A stretch of 64,000 bases of DNA from Deferrisomatales bacterium (GTDB lineage: Bacteria > Desulfobacterota > Deferrisomatia > Deferrisomatales > JACRMM01). The stretch is taken from positions 1-64,000 of the forward strand of contig JAWSUI010000010.1 in the NCBI GenBank assembly GCA_033551855.1. Direction: 5' to 3'. A model generated the notes under the pieces. The model saw only the letters and a list, made by a program, of their open reading frames with translations. It ran no database searches and had not been told where the DNA came from. Shown here in pieces: positions 37,128 through 46,604 of this stretch (its first letter is position 1; the number at the start of each line of letters is the position of its first letter). A program made the position numbers and the translations under genes.

Positions 37128-37922
37128 CTAGAGACGGGGGATGCTCCCCCACTCGACCAGGGCCTCCTGGATGAACCCGACCACAGCGTCCTGAACGGCG
37201 GCGCCCTTCCTCTCGGGAACGAGCGCCGGGCCGAAGCGGAAGCGCACGGGGAGCGAGGGGTCCACGCGGCCGAAGTCCTTGAGGATGCGTCCGCTCCCCC
37301 AGGCATCGGTTCGCAGGGCCAGCGGCACGACGGCCACGCCCGCCCGGGCCGCGAGCTTGACCCCGAGGGTGTTGAACTGGGAGGGATCGAAACCCGGGGA
37401 GCGGACCCCCTGGGGGAAGACGATCACCGAGACGCCCCGGGCCAGTCTCTGCGCACCCCCGTCGAAGACGGCCTTCAGGTCCTCCCGTGGGTTCTTCCGG
37501 GCCACCGGGATGGGGTCGCGGGAACGCAGCACCGGCCCGAAGACCGGGTACTGCAGCAGGGTGTCCTTGACCACGAAGGTGATCGGGCGCACCGGCTGGA
37601 TGATCGCCGGCAGCACGAAGGTCTCGAGGGTGCTCATGTGGTTGGCCACGAAGACCGCCGGCCCACCCAGGCCCCGCAGGTGCTCCATCCCCTCGACGAC
37701 CAGCCGCATGCCGGCCCGCTCCATGGCCCCGATGATCCCCAGGCTCGCCGCCACCCATTGCGCGTCCCCGTAGGCGCCTCGCCTGGCCAGGCGGCCCGAG
37801 CGCCACACGATCCGCAGCACGGCGGGGTAGAAGGCGAGCGCCGGCCAGGGCGAGAGACGGGCCAGGACCGAAGGTCGGCGGCCGGGGGGGGTCTGGTAGG
37901 TGTCCAGGTCGGCGAGGGCCAT
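37128..37922 (-). CDS. plsC: 1-acyl-sn-glycerol-3-phosphate acyltransferase (PlsC family)
   Basis: NHMSTLE, FVVK, VFPQGVRS. Confidence 0.85.
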   Translation of the reverse strand: MALADLDTYQTPPGRRPSVLARLSPWPALAFYPAVLRIVWRSGRLARRGAYGDAQWVAASLGIIGAMERAGMRLVVEGMEHLRGLGGPAVFVANHMSTLETFVLPAIIQPVRPITFVVKDTLLQYPVFGPVLRSRDPIPVARKNPREDLKAVFDGGAQRLARGVSVIVFPQGVRSPGFDPSQFNTLGVKLAARAGVAVVPLALRTDAWGSGRILKDFGRVDPSLPVRFRFGPALVPERKGAAVQDAVVGFIQEALVEWGSIPRL

Positions 37923-38035
37923 GAGGGGCCTCCCTGTGGGTCCGCGGGGAGGCCCGCAGTATACACCAAAGCCGGGCCCCCCCGGGGGATCCCGCCCCCG
38001 GTCCTGCCGCCGACGGCTCCCGCGACGGCTCGCGG

Positions 38036-39136
38036 CTAGAAACCCCCGGCCCCGCGGCGGCGGGCAGGTGGGTCCCGGCGCAGGAGCGCGAAGAACCAGG
38101 CGGCCACCAGGAGCGTCGTGGCCGCCCGGCCCGGGACCGAGCTCACCACCGGGGCTCCCCAGCGGTCGTAGCGGGACAGCCAGGGCGTGGGCCCTTCACC
38201 CGGCTCGACGCCGGCCCGTCGGTTGCGGCGGCAGTCCAGGGCGAAGGCGAGTTGCCAGGCGTTGGCCGCCACGAAGCCCCCCGTGCCCCACCAGTACCCC
38301 AGGAACCGCCGCCACCCGCCGGCGAGGCTTGCCCGGTGGGCGAGCCTCGCAAAGGGAGCGAGACGAAGCCGCCCCGCGCCGGACTGCTCCCGGTAGGCCT
38401 GCCCGGCCTTCTCGAAGAACGCCCCCAACCCGATGACGTCGAAGTTGCGCAGCAAAGCGTTCAGGGTCTGCCGCTCGCGAAGTCCCTCGGTCTCGAAGCG
38501 GCGGGCCGACGTGACCAACCGGCCCGGCAGGGTGACCCAGGCGCCGGTCGCGAAGACCCGGCGGGCGAGGCGGGCGTCTTCCAGATAGGGAAGCGACTCG
38601 TCGAACCCCCCCAGCTCCTCGAAGTACCTTGGCGACAGCCACAGGCCCTGGTCGCCGTTCACGCACTCCGGCCGGGCCAGGGATGCCTTGGCCTCGTAGA
38701 AGTAGTAGGCGGCGTCGGCACGGGGCGAACCGGGGAGAGAACGGGCGAAGCGAAGGCCGAAGTGCCCCGCCACCCGGTGCGTGCCCCGGCGGGCCCGCTC
38801 CGCCTCGATCCGGGCCCGGGCCGCGGCCAGCAGGCGTCGATCGCGGAGCTCCGTGTCCGCGTGGAGGAAGAGGAGGTCCGGGCCTCGGGCCCGGCTCGCC
38901 CCGGCGTTGAGCTGGTGTGCCCGCCCCGGGGCCGCCGACAGAGTCCTCACGGCGAGGCCGCGAGCGGCGAAGGACTCCCCGGCGAGGGCGGTCCGGTCCT
39001 GGCTCCCGCCGTCGGCCACGACCACTTCGAGGCGGACCCCCTCCTGCGCCAGGAGCCCCTCGAGGAGCACCGGCAGGGCCTGCTCCTCGTCGCGGGCGGG
39101 GATGACGACCGAGAGCTCCGGCAAGGGAGACGACAC
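38036..39136 (-). CDS. Glycosyltransferase family 2 (TIGR04283-like)
   Basis: SVVIPARDE, DGGSQD, GRAHQLNAG, FLHADT, GDQG, GGF..YLED, TSARRF. Confidence 0.85.
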   Translation of the reverse strand: MSSPLPELSVVIPARDEEQALPVLLEGLLAQEGVRLEVVVADGGSQDRTALAGESFAARGLAVRTLSAAPGRAHQLNAGASRARGPDLLFLHADTELRDRRLLAAARARIEAERARRGTHRVAGHFGLRFARSLPGSPRADAAYYFYEAKASLARPECVNGDQGLWLSPRYFEELGGFDESLPYLEDARLARRVFATGAWVTLPGRLVTSARRFETEGLRERQTLNALLRNFDVIGLGAFFEKAGQAYREQSGAGRLRLAPFARLAHRASLAGGWRRFLGYWWGTGGFVAANAWQLAFALDCRRNRRAGVEPGEGPTPWLSRYDRWGAPVVSSVPGRAATTLLVAAWFFALLRRDPPARRRGAGGF

Positions 39137-39170
39137 GCTGCGAGCCCGCGCCTGGGTCCCTGGGAACCGC

Positions 39171-40070
39171 TCAGCCCCGGGCCCTGGGCTCGGCCCGGAC
39201 CATCAGGAAGAAGATCACCCCCAGCACCAGGAGGGAGGCCAGGAGCAGGGCGAAGATCACCGGCTCCGGGTGGTCGAGGGCCGCGATGAAGAGCTTGCGG
39301 ATGAAGGCCACGAGGGCGAGCTCGAGGAAGAGCCTCACGTGGAACTTCCCCCCCCGAAGATGGTCCACTTCGGCTTGGAGCAGCTCGATCATCATCCAGA
39401 GCAGGAGGAGCGACCCCAGCGACTGGATCACACCCCGGGCGAGATCTGTCCCGAAGGCGTGGACGATGTCGGATACGAAGAGGCTCAGGACCCCGACCGC
39501 CATGGCCAGGAGCCCGACCATGAGGAGGAGGTTGAGGCCGTGCAGCAGCCGCTCTGCCCAACGCACCAGAACGGACTCGAACCGACGGGACAGAAAGACG
39601 TTCTTGAGCTCTTCCTCGCGGTAGGAGCTCGTCAGGACGTCGAGGTGGAGGTCGAGCGCCTTGTCCAGAGTCGCCACCAGGGCGTCGCGCTCGCGAGGGT
39701 CCGGCACCTGAGCCGCCACGTGCCGGCTGCAAAATGATCGGATGAAGTGCATGGCGGCGTTCACGAAGTGTCCGGGCAGGCCGATCTTCACGTGCACCTT
39801 GCCGATGCGCTCGAGCCGGCGCAGGAGACGGTTGTCATACTCCGCCGCCAGCAGATCACGGAACCAGCCCTTGATGGTGGTCTTGCGCCGTTCCACGGCC
39901 TCGGGGGTCTCGAAGTAGCGGGCGGTCTGGGGGTCTTCCGCCAGGTAGTCGTAAAACTCGTCGGCCAGGGAATCCGCTGCCGGGAGCAGGAGCTCTGCCA
40001 GGCGCGGCAGGTTCTTCTCATCCACTGGGCCGAACCGATAGTCCCGCAGGACCTCCTTCATCGAGTGCAC
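39171..40070 (-). CDS. Protoglobin domain fused to a PsiE-like membrane domain
   Basis: FYDYL, IGKVHVKIGL globin motif; four C-terminal TMs with ALVAFIRK; GTG start after GGAGG. Confidence 0.8.
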   Translation of the reverse strand: MHSMKEVLRDYRFGPVDEKNLPRLAELLLPAADSLADEFYDYLAEDPQTARYFETPEAVERRKTTIKGWFRDLLAAEYDNRLLRRLERIGKVHVKIGLPGHFVNAAMHFIRSFCSRHVAAQVPDPRERDALVATLDKALDLHLDVLTSSYREEELKNVFLSRRFESVLVRWAERLLHGLNLLLMVGLLAMAVGVLSLFVSDIVHAFGTDLARGVIQSLGSLLLLWMMIELLQAEVDHLRGGKFHVRLFLELALVAFIRKLFIAALDHPEPVIFALLLASLLVLGVIFFLMVRAEPRARG

Positions 40071-40191
40071 CGGTGTCCCTCCCTCGCGTTCCCTCGCACA
40101 GGCTGCGGGCCACGGAACGTCCTCCCTGCAGCGCAACGGGTCGACAGGTTTGCGGCGCTTCGGGATCCATCACCCCTTGGCATGGGGGCGG

Positions 40192-41778
40192 TCAGGCGAG
40201 ACCCTCTGCCCGCAAGAGCGCAAGTGCCGCCTCCAGGGTCTGCTGCGGTGTCCCCGCGACGGGCAGAGAGCGCACCGCCGGCAGACTTCGGGGGCCGACC
40301 TCGTCCCACGCCGCGGCCGCCCGGAGAAAGACACCCCAGTCCGCATCCGAGGGGCCGGGGGCGCGGGCAGCCAGCCTCCGTCGGACCGTTTCCGGGTCGA
40401 TCTCGCACAGGAGCAGGAGGCAGGGAACGCCCACCTCCGCACCGGCGGCGAGGAGGGCCTTTCGCCGCGACTCCTGCCGGAAGCTCCCGTCGACGAGGAC
40501 CCTCCCGCCCCGGGACAGGCACTCCTTCGCCCGCCGGAAGCACTCGGCGTAGGTCCTCTCGTCCCAGTCGGCCGAGTAGAGCCCCTCCCCGTAAGGCGCC
40601 GCCGCGGGAGCGCCGGGGGGAAGCCCCGCCAATTCCTTGCGGATTCGATCGGTGGACAAGACCGTGAACCCGGCCCGCTCCGACAACCCCCCCGCCAGGG
40701 TGGACTTCCCCGTGCCCGGCAAGCCCCCCACGGCGAGAAGGCACGGCCGGCGTCCCGGGGCCTCGAGCACTCCCAGGCCGAAGAGCCAGTACGCGCGCGC
40801 GCTTCTCCGCGCCGCCTCCCGCTGGGGCACCGGGACCTCTTCCTCACAGGCCCGCAGACCTTCCACCTTGGCGCGGACCGCCGCCCGGTAGGCCTCGTAC
40901 AAGGGGAACAGCCGCAGACCCTCCGCGTCCTCGGCCTCCTGCGCGTAGGCGCGCCGGAATGGGGCCGCCAGGTCCGGTCGCCCCCGGAACCCCAGGTCCA
41001 TGGAGAGAAACGCCGCGTCTGCCACCGGGTCTGCGTGCCGGAACCGCTCGCTGAACTCGACGCAGTCCACGATGACCAGGTCTTGGGGGGGCGGGCGGTC
41101 CGGAAAGACGTACACGTGGTCCAGCCGCAGGTCTCCGTGGGTGTCTCGGGGCACCCCCCGCGCGGCCCGGTCCTCCACCAGGGACCGGTGCTCCGTCAAC
41201 ACCTGCTCGGTCAGGAGGCGAAAGCGCTCGAACACCGCGGGCACCGGGACCCCTTCGGTCCCGGCCTGCGCCTGTTCGAAGTTCTCCCGGGCGTTTCGGG
41301 CCACGACCTGCCAGCGGGCCGCTGCGCTCACGTGGGGCCCGCCCTCCGCCCGCCGGTGAAACGACGCCAACCGAGCGGCAACGGCGGCGAGAAGCCCAAC
41401 GGCGACCTCTCCCCCCTCGAGCCGCCGGGCGAGGGTGGCTTCCTCCGGCAGCCGCTCCATCCACACCGCCCACTCCACCGCCTCCCCCTCCCCCCCGACG
41501 ACCAAGCGCCCCTGCTGGAGCGCGATCGGAACGGCCCCCAGATACACGGAGGGGGCGAGCCGGCGGTTGAGGCGCACCTCTTCGAGGCAGAAGTGGTGCC
41601 GACGCTCGAGGGTGGAGAAGTTCAGGAAACCCAGGTCCAGCGGTTTCTTGATCTTGTAGGCGTAGTCGCCGGCCAGGAAGACCGCGGAGATGTGCGTCTG
41701 ACATACCCGGACGGTCTCGCAGGGGTGAGGATATGCCTCCGGTCGGGTGAGGAGCGTCAGCAGTTGGGCCGTTTCCAC
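40192..41778 (-). CDS. Bifunctional aminoglycoside-phosphotransferase-like / AAA P-loop kinase (COG2187/COG0645)
   Basis: QTHIS, YKIKKP, HGDLRLDH, IVDCVEF, GLPGTGKS, SDAD. Confidence 0.9.
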   Translation of the reverse strand: METAQLLTLLTRPEAYPHPCETVRVCQTHISAVFLAGDYAYKIKKPLDLGFLNFSTLERRHHFCLEEVRLNRRLAPSVYLGAVPIALQQGRLVVGGEGEAVEWAVWMERLPEEATLARRLEGGEVAVGLLAAVAARLASFHRRAEGGPHVSAAARWQVVARNARENFEQAQAGTEGVPVPAVFERFRLLTEQVLTEHRSLVEDRAARGVPRDTHGDLRLDHVYVFPDRPPPQDLVIVDCVEFSERFRHADPVADAAFLSMDLGFRGRPDLAAPFRRAYAQEAEDAEGLRLFPLYEAYRAAVRAKVEGLRACEEEVPVPQREAARRSARAYWLFGLGVLEAPGRRPCLLAVGGLPGTGKSTLAGGLSERAGFTVLSTDRIRKELAGLPPGAPAAAPYGEGLYSADWDERTYAECFRRAKECLSRGGRVLVDGSFRQESRRKALLAAGAEVGVPCLLLLCEIDPETVRRRLAARAPGPSDADWGVFLRAAAAWDEVGPRSLPAVRSLPVAGTPQQTLEAALALLRAEGLA

Positions 41779-41806
41779 GGCTTCCTCCGGGGCGGGGCCG
41801 GGCGAG

Positions 41807-41944
41807 CTAGCCGGCGAGGCACCCCCTTCCCGCCAGGACGGCGACGAGCACGAGCACCATCGCCAGGAAGATCGCGGCCCAGAGGTGGCCGAGCTTCTCT
41901 TCCGTCGTAGGGGGATCCGGGTCACGGGGGAGCCGCGACCCCAC
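41807..41944 (-). CDS. 45-aa single-TM protein (absent from the ORF track)
   Basis: MGSRLPRDPDPPTTEEKLGHLWAAIFLAMVLVLVAVLAGRGCLAG; fills the gap between co-oriented genes; GC3-rich. Confidence 0.55.
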   Translation of the reverse strand: MGSRLPRDPDPPTTEEKLGHLWAAIFLAMVLVLVAVLAGRGCLAG

Positions 41945-41945
41945 C

Positions 41946-42203
41946 TCAGGCCTTCCCCCGCCGGGCGTCTCGGCACGCCTGGCTGCAGAAATACTCTCCT
42001 CCGGGGCTCCGGAGCGCGGTCTCCTTGGGAATGTACACGCCGCACACCGGGTCCTGCACGAGCTCCCCTCCCTGGAGCCGCCCCCCTGCGGGGGCTCCCC
42101 CCTCGCCGCCGCCCCCGCGGGGGGCCCCGGGGAGCAGGCCGCGGACGAACCGGTACAGGAGCCACAGGAGGGCCCCGTAGAGGAGCAGGCGGAAGATTCC
42201 CAT
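41946..42203 (-). CDS. Membrane-anchored YHS/TRASH-domain protein
   Basis: N-terminal TM, QDPVCGVYIP, YFCSQAC. Confidence 0.8.
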   Translation of the reverse strand: MGIFRLLLYGALLWLLYRFVRGLLPGAPRGGGGEGGAPAGGRLQGGELVQDPVCGVYIPKETALRSPGGEYFCSQACRDARRGKA

Positions 42204-42727
42204 CAGGGGCTCCCCTCCGGCGGGCAGCCCGCCCACGGTGACGGCCCCGCGAGCCGCACGTCCGGGGTCGGGCCCAGTGCTTCTCGGAGCTCTTTCACGG
42301 TCCGGCCCAGCGCCGGGTGGACGGCATCCGGTGCGATCTCCGTGAGCGGCACCAGCACGAACCCCCTCTCGTGCATCCGGGGATGGGGAACCTCCACGCC
42401 CGCGGCTGCCACCACCCGATCCCCGTAGAGGAGCAGGTCGAGATCCACGGTCCGCGGTCCCCACCGCAGAGCCCGGGTGCGGCCGAGCTCCCCCTCGATC
42501 CGCAGCAGCGCGGCAAGCAACTCCTCCGGCGCGAGCTCGGTCTCCACCTCGAGGGCCCCGTTGACGAAGTCCGGTTGGTCGGTCAGGCCCACGGGCGCCG
42601 TCCGGTACAGGGAAGACACCCGCGCGATCCGCGTGGCCGGGAGGAGCGCCACTGCTGCCAGGGCCCGATGCAGGGTGACCTCCACGTGGCCGAGGTTGCC
42701 GCCGAAGCCAATGTGCGCGCGGGGCAT
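42203..42727 (-). CDS. folK: 2-amino-4-hydroxy-6-hydroxymethyldihydropteridine diphosphokinase
   Basis: GGNLG, SSLYRT, WGPRTVDLDLL, PHPRM.ERGFVLVPL. Confidence 0.95.
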   Translation of the reverse strand: MPRAHIGFGGNLGHVEVTLHRALAAVALLPATRIARVSSLYRTAPVGLTDQPDFVNGALEVETELAPEELLAALLRIEGELGRTRALRWGPRTVDLDLLLYGDRVVAAAGVEVPHPRMHERGFVLVPLTEIAPDAVHPALGRTVKELREALGPTPDVRLAGPSPWAGCPPEGSP

Positions 42728-42776
42728 CAGGCCGGCCCCCCGCGGCCGGCGACGGGGGCGAGGCAGGGCAGCGGGG

Positions 42777-43577
42777 TCACAGGCCCAGGAGGTCCGTCAT
42801 GGTGTAGAAGCCCGGCGGCTGGGACGGCAGCCACAGGGCAGCCCGCAGCGCACCCCGGGCGAAGGTCTCGCGGCTGGAGGCCCGGTGGGTGATCTCGACC
42901 CGCTCACCGAGTCCGCCGAAGAGAACGGTGTGATCCCCCACCACGTCCCCGGCCCGCACGGCGTGCAGGCCGATCTCCCGGGGCCGGCGTTCCCCCACGA
43001 GCCCCTCCCGCCCGTGGACCGCCTCGGCGGCGAGGTCACGCCCCAGGGCGGCCGCAACCGCCTCGGCCAGCGCCAGCGCGGTCCCGGAGGGGGCGTCCTT
43101 CTTGAAGCGGTGGTGGGTCTCCACGACTTCCACGTCGTAGCCGTCCCCGAGGAGGCGGGCCACGTCGGCAACCATCCGGAGGAGCACGTTGACCCCGACG
43201 CTCATGTTGGGTGCCAGGAACACACGGGCCTCCACGCTGCGCCGGCGCACCGACTCCCGCTCGTCGGGGCGGAAACCCGTGGAGCCGATGACGATGGCCT
43301 TGCCGGCGCGGCACACCACGTCCAGGTGCTCCAGCGAGGCGGCGGCGCTGGTGAAGTCCACCACGACGTCGCCGGCGGGAAGGGCGTCGGCGAGGGCATC
43401 GGTGACCCGCACCCCCACGGCCCCGATCCCGGCCGCCTCCCCCGCGTCCCGACCCACGCACGGGTGTCCCGGCCGCTCCACGGCGGCCCCCAGGGCGATC
43501 CCCTCGGTCTCCTGGATCAGGCGCACCAGCTGCCCGCCCATCCGGCCGGCAGCGCCCGTGATCACCGCACGGATCAA
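42777..43577 (-). CDS. dapB: 4-hydroxy-tetrahydrodipicolinate reductase
   Basis: GAAGRMG, GSTG, ETHHRFKKDAPSGTA; TTG start overlaps the dapA stop. Confidence 0.96.
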   Translation of the reverse strand: MIRAVITGAAGRMGGQLVRLIQETEGIALGAAVERPGHPCVGRDAGEAAGIGAVGVRVTDALADALPAGDVVVDFTSAAASLEHLDVVCRAGKAIVIGSTGFRPDERESVRRRSVEARVFLAPNMSVGVNVLLRMVADVARLLGDGYDVEVVETHHRFKKDAPSGTALALAEAVAAALGRDLAAEAVHGREGLVGERRPREIGLHAVRAGDVVGDHTVLFGGLGERVEITHRASSRETFARGALRAALWLPSQPPGFYTMTDLLGL

Positions 43578-44458
43578 GCGGCGCCCTCCAGGAGGCCGCA
43601 GTCCCGCAGCACGGCGGCAAGCTTCTTCCCGGTCCCCTCCTGAAGGGGGCACAGGGGAAGTCTCAACTCGGGCCGAATCCGCCCCATGAGGGCGAGGGCG
43701 CTCTTCACGGGAATCGGATTCGTCTCCAGGAACAGGGCCCGGGCGAGGGGCATGGTGCGGAAGTGAAGGTCCCGGGCCCGCGCGAGATCGCCGGCCTCGA
43801 AGGCCTGGACCATGGCCGAGACCTCGGCGGGGATCACGTTGGAGAGCACGGAGATCACCCCGCGCCCGCCCAGACTCAGGAGCGGCAGGACCGTGAAATC
43901 GTCCCCGGAGAGCACGGCGAGGCGGTCGCCGCACAGCTCGAGGACATCGCTCACCTGCTGGAGGTCTCCCGTGGCCTCCTTGATCCCCACCACTTCCGGC
44001 AGGTCGGCCAGGCGCGCCACCGTCTCGGGCAACAGGTTCACGCCGGTCCGCCCCGGCACGTTGTACGGAATGAGGGGGAAACTGGCCTCCTCGGCCACAG
44101 CCCGGTAGTGCCGGTAGAGCCCCTCCTGGGTCGGCTTGTTGTAGTAGGGGGTGATGAGCAGCGCCCCGTCGGCCCCCGCCTCTTTCGCGTGGCAGGTGAG
44201 GCGCACGGCCTCGGCCGTGGAATTGGAGCCGGTGCCGGCGATCACCGGGACCCGGCCGCGGGCCTCCTCGACGGCGATGTCGATGACCCGGTTGTGCTCC
44301 TCGTGGCTCAATGTGGCCGACTCGCCCGTCGTCCCGCAGGGCACGATCCCCGACACCCCCTCGCGGATCTGCCAGTCGATGAGCTCCCGGTAGGCCTCCT
44401 CGTCCACGCGGCCGTCGCGAAACGGGGTGACCAGCGCGGTGATGGTGCCGCCGAACAT
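43574..44458 (-). CDS. dapA: 4-hydroxy-tetrahydrodipicolinate synthase
   Basis: GTTGES, PYYNKP, YNVPGRTG, GIKEA, NPIPVK. Confidence 0.97.
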   Translation of the reverse strand: MFGGTITALVTPFRDGRVDEEAYRELIDWQIREGVSGIVPCGTTGESATLSHEEHNRVIDIAVEEARGRVPVIAGTGSNSTAEAVRLTCHAKEAGADGALLITPYYNKPTQEGLYRHYRAVAEEASFPLIPYNVPGRTGVNLLPETVARLADLPEVVGIKEATGDLQQVSDVLELCGDRLAVLSGDDFTVLPLLSLGGRGVISVLSNVIPAEVSAMVQAFEAGDLARARDLHFRTMPLARALFLETNPIPVKSALALMGRIRPELRLPLCPLQEGTGKKLAAVLRDCGLLEGAA

Positions 44459-44497
44459 CGTGTCCTCCTCTCGGGGAAAGCGCCGGAAACCTCGCGG

Positions 44498-44526
44498 ATC
44501 CTACCAACCCGGCCTGGGCAAGTCAA
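44498..44526 (-). promoter_or_regulatory. Sigma70 promoter for dapA
   Basis: TTGACT-17 bp-TAGGAT. Confidence 0.7.
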
Positions 44527-44572
44527 AAGCTGGCAAACCCCGCATCCGTGGGCTATAAGGGCCGGGAACGGA

Positions 44573-44603
44573 CGAGGGGAGGCCGCTGGGCGGCCTCCCC
44601 TCG
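44573..44603 (-). terminator. Perfect 14-bp GC hairpin after the FmdB-family gene
   Basis: CGAGGGGAGGCCGC-tgg-GCGGCCTCCCCTCG; weak U tract. Confidence 0.55.
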
Positions 44604-44625
44604 GGCACGGCTGCTGCCGGGGGCC

Positions 44626-44910
44626 TCAGGCGCTCGAGCTCGGGCACGAAGCGCACGCGGGTTTGGAGCCGCCGGCTGCGCAGGAAGGGGCGGAATCGGG
44701 CTTTGCCGCCTTCTCCGGCCCGCGCCCCGTCTTGGAGCCGTAGTCGGTGGCGTACCAACCGGAGCCCTTCAGCACGAAGGAACTCTGGGAGATCAGCTTC
44801 TCGACGGGCCCCTCGCACTTGGGGCAAGCGCGCAAGGGTGCGTCGGTGATCCTCTGGGTGACCTCGAACTCGTCGTGGCAGCTGTCGCAGCGGTACTCGT
44901 AGATGGGCAT
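44626..44910 (-). CDS. FmdB-family zinc-ribbon protein
   Basis: MPIYEYRCDSC, CPKC, LKGSGWYATDY. Confidence 0.92.
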   Translation of the reverse strand: MPIYEYRCDSCHDEFEVTQRITDAPLRACPKCEGPVEKLISQSSFVLKGSGWYATDYGSKTGRGPEKAAKPDSAPSCAAGGSKPACASCPSSSA

Positions 44911-44959
44911 GGGTTTCACCTCCGTCGCATGCATCTCCCTCCCTGGGAAGGGGCGATGT

Positions 44960-44988
44960 TTTATAACACCGGAGGCGCCGTGAGGCAA
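44960..44988 (-). promoter_or_regulatory. Sigma70 promoter for the FmdB-family gene
   Basis: TTGCCT-17 bp-TATAAA with extended TG. Confidence 0.55.
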
Positions 44989-45024
44989 CCGAAAGGTACG
45001 GTCCGGGCTCCACCATCATATTCT

Positions 45025-45190
45025 CCGCCGGGGCCGGGGAGCCTGGGAGCGCAGCCCCGCACCGCCTCGACCGACCCACCGAGTCCGGGGGCGACGAGTG
45101 AATCCCGGCGCACCGGGGCCTGCGGGGACACCCCGTCGAATCGCGGCAGGCCGCGGTGCGAAGCGGAGGGGCGCCCCGGCGCGGCCCACG
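45025..45190 (-). repeat. Family A palindromic repeat, copy A5 (inverted, diverged)
   Basis: GCAGCCCCGCACCGCCTCGACCGA..GGCGCACCGGGG..GACACCCC.TCGAAT matches A4. Confidence 0.7.
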
Positions 45191-46368
45191 TGCCGGGCGG
45201 TGGGTCCCGGACGGGGGACACGGGCGGGCACCGGCGGGGGAGCATCTCGGGGGAGGGCATCACCCTCGGCGGGAGCCTGATCAACGTCGCGCTGGTGTTG
45301 GTGAAGGGCGCCGCTGGCACCGTGGGGCAAAGTGCCGCCCTCGTCGCCGACGCCCTCCACTCCCTCTCGGACCTGGCCAGCGACCTCGTCGTGCTCCTCG
45401 GGTACCGGGTCGGCCGAAGGCCGCAGGACCCCACCCACCCGTACGGTCACGGGAAGGTGGAGACGCTCTCCACGGCGGTGGTGGGAGCCATCCTCGTGGC
45501 CGTCGGGCTGGGCATGGGCTCCGGGGCGCTGCGGTCCCTGCTCTCCCCCGACCCGCTCCCCCTGCCGGGACGGGTCGCCCTGTGGGCGGCGGCAGCCTCG
45601 CTCCTGGCCAAGGAGATCCTCTACCAGTGGACCGCACGGGTCGCCCGGAGCGAGGACAGTCGGCTCCTCCTGGCCAACGCCTGGCACCACCGCTCCGATG
45701 CCCTCTCCTCCGCGGCTGCGCTCGCCGGGGTGGCGGGGGCCCGTTGGGGCGCCCCCTGGATGGATCCCGCCGGCGCGCTGGTGGTGTGTCTCTTCGTGAT
45801 CAAGGTGGGGTGGGATCTGGGCTGGCAGGCGACCCGGGAGCTGGTGGACACGGCGCCGGACCGGGAGCTGCTCGAGCGCCTGGCCGCGGCGGTTTCCCGG
45901 GTCGAGGGGGTAAGGAGCCACCACGACCTGCGGGCGCGCCGCCTCGGCAAGGACATCCTCGTGGACGTGGACATCGAGGTGGACCCGGAGCTCAGCGTGG
46001 TCCAGGGCCACGACCTGGCCCGGGCCGTGCGCCAGGAGATGCTGCAGGGCGTCAAGGGGGTCCGGGACGCCATGGTCCACGTGGAGCCCGTGGGCGCCCG
46101 GGAAGGGGGCATACACTCCCCCGCCGGCCGCTGGGGCATCCTGGGGGCGGCCGAGGCGATCGCCCGACGCACCCCCGGGGTGCTCGGCTTCCACAAGACC
46201 CGCGTCGTACCCCTGGAGAGCGGCTACCTCCTCAACATCCACATCGAGGTGGCCCCTGCCCTTGCCCTCCAGGAGGCGCACGCCGTGGCGCACCGGCTCG
46301 AAGAAGCCGTACGGGCCCTGCCCGGCATCGTCGACGCCGTGGTCCACGTGGACATCCACGGGGAGTAA
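45190..46368 (+). CDS. Cation diffusion facilitator (FieF-like) with duplicated C-terminal dimerisation domain
   Basis: ADALHSLSD, HPYGHGK.E, NAWHHRSD; two ZT-dimer repeats (VHVEP, VHVD); start uncertain. Confidence 0.88.
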   Translation: MPGGGSRTGDTGGHRRGSISGEGITLGGSLINVALVLVKGAAGTVGQSAALVADALHSLSDLASDLVVLLGYRVGRRPQDPTHPYGHGKVETLSTAVVGAILVAVGLGMGSGALRSLLSPDPLPLPGRVALWAAAASLLAKEILYQWTARVARSEDSRLLLANAWHHRSDALSSAAALAGVAGARWGAPWMDPAGALVVCLFVIKVGWDLGWQATRELVDTAPDRELLERLAAAVSRVEGVRSHHDLRARRLGKDILVDVDIEVDPELSVVQGHDLARAVRQEMLQGVKGVRDAMVHVEPVGAREGGIHSPAGRWGILGAAEAIARRTPGVLGFHKTRVVPLESGYLLNIHIEVAPALALQEAHAVAHRLEEAVRALPGIVDAVVHVDIHGE

Positions 46369-46371
46369 TCG

Positions 46372-46580
46372 GGTTCTTCCGGTAAACGACCGGGTGGGCC
46401 CGCCCACTCCGGCAGACGAGGCCGGACTGCACGGTAGGTGTTCTCCCCCGCCGCGTCCGGAATCCTCGCGACATCGCGACTCCCGAAGCGGCTGCTCCCA
46501 TCGAGCGGCCGTCCGCCTACGTGGTCGGGCCCACCCGATCGTCCCTGGATACGAGGTCCCGGTCATTTCCCGGATGATTC
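46372..46580 (+). mobile_element. 209-bp MITE, ISL3-type ends, copy B1
   Basis: Imperfect terminal inverted repeats GGTTCTTCCGGTAAACGACCGGG / CCCGGTCATTTCCCGGATGATTC; perfect 8-bp TSD AGTAATCG (46364-46371, 46581-46588). Confidence 0.88.
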
Positions 46581-46604
46581 AGTAATCGGGTCGGGGGCGC
46601 CCCT

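Noticed and set aside
44531..44603. Plus-strand TGGCAA-17 bp-TATAAG promoter pointing into the hairpin, as a possible sRNA
   Set aside because: Weak matches at both boxes; the hairpin is adequately explained as the FmdB-gene terminator
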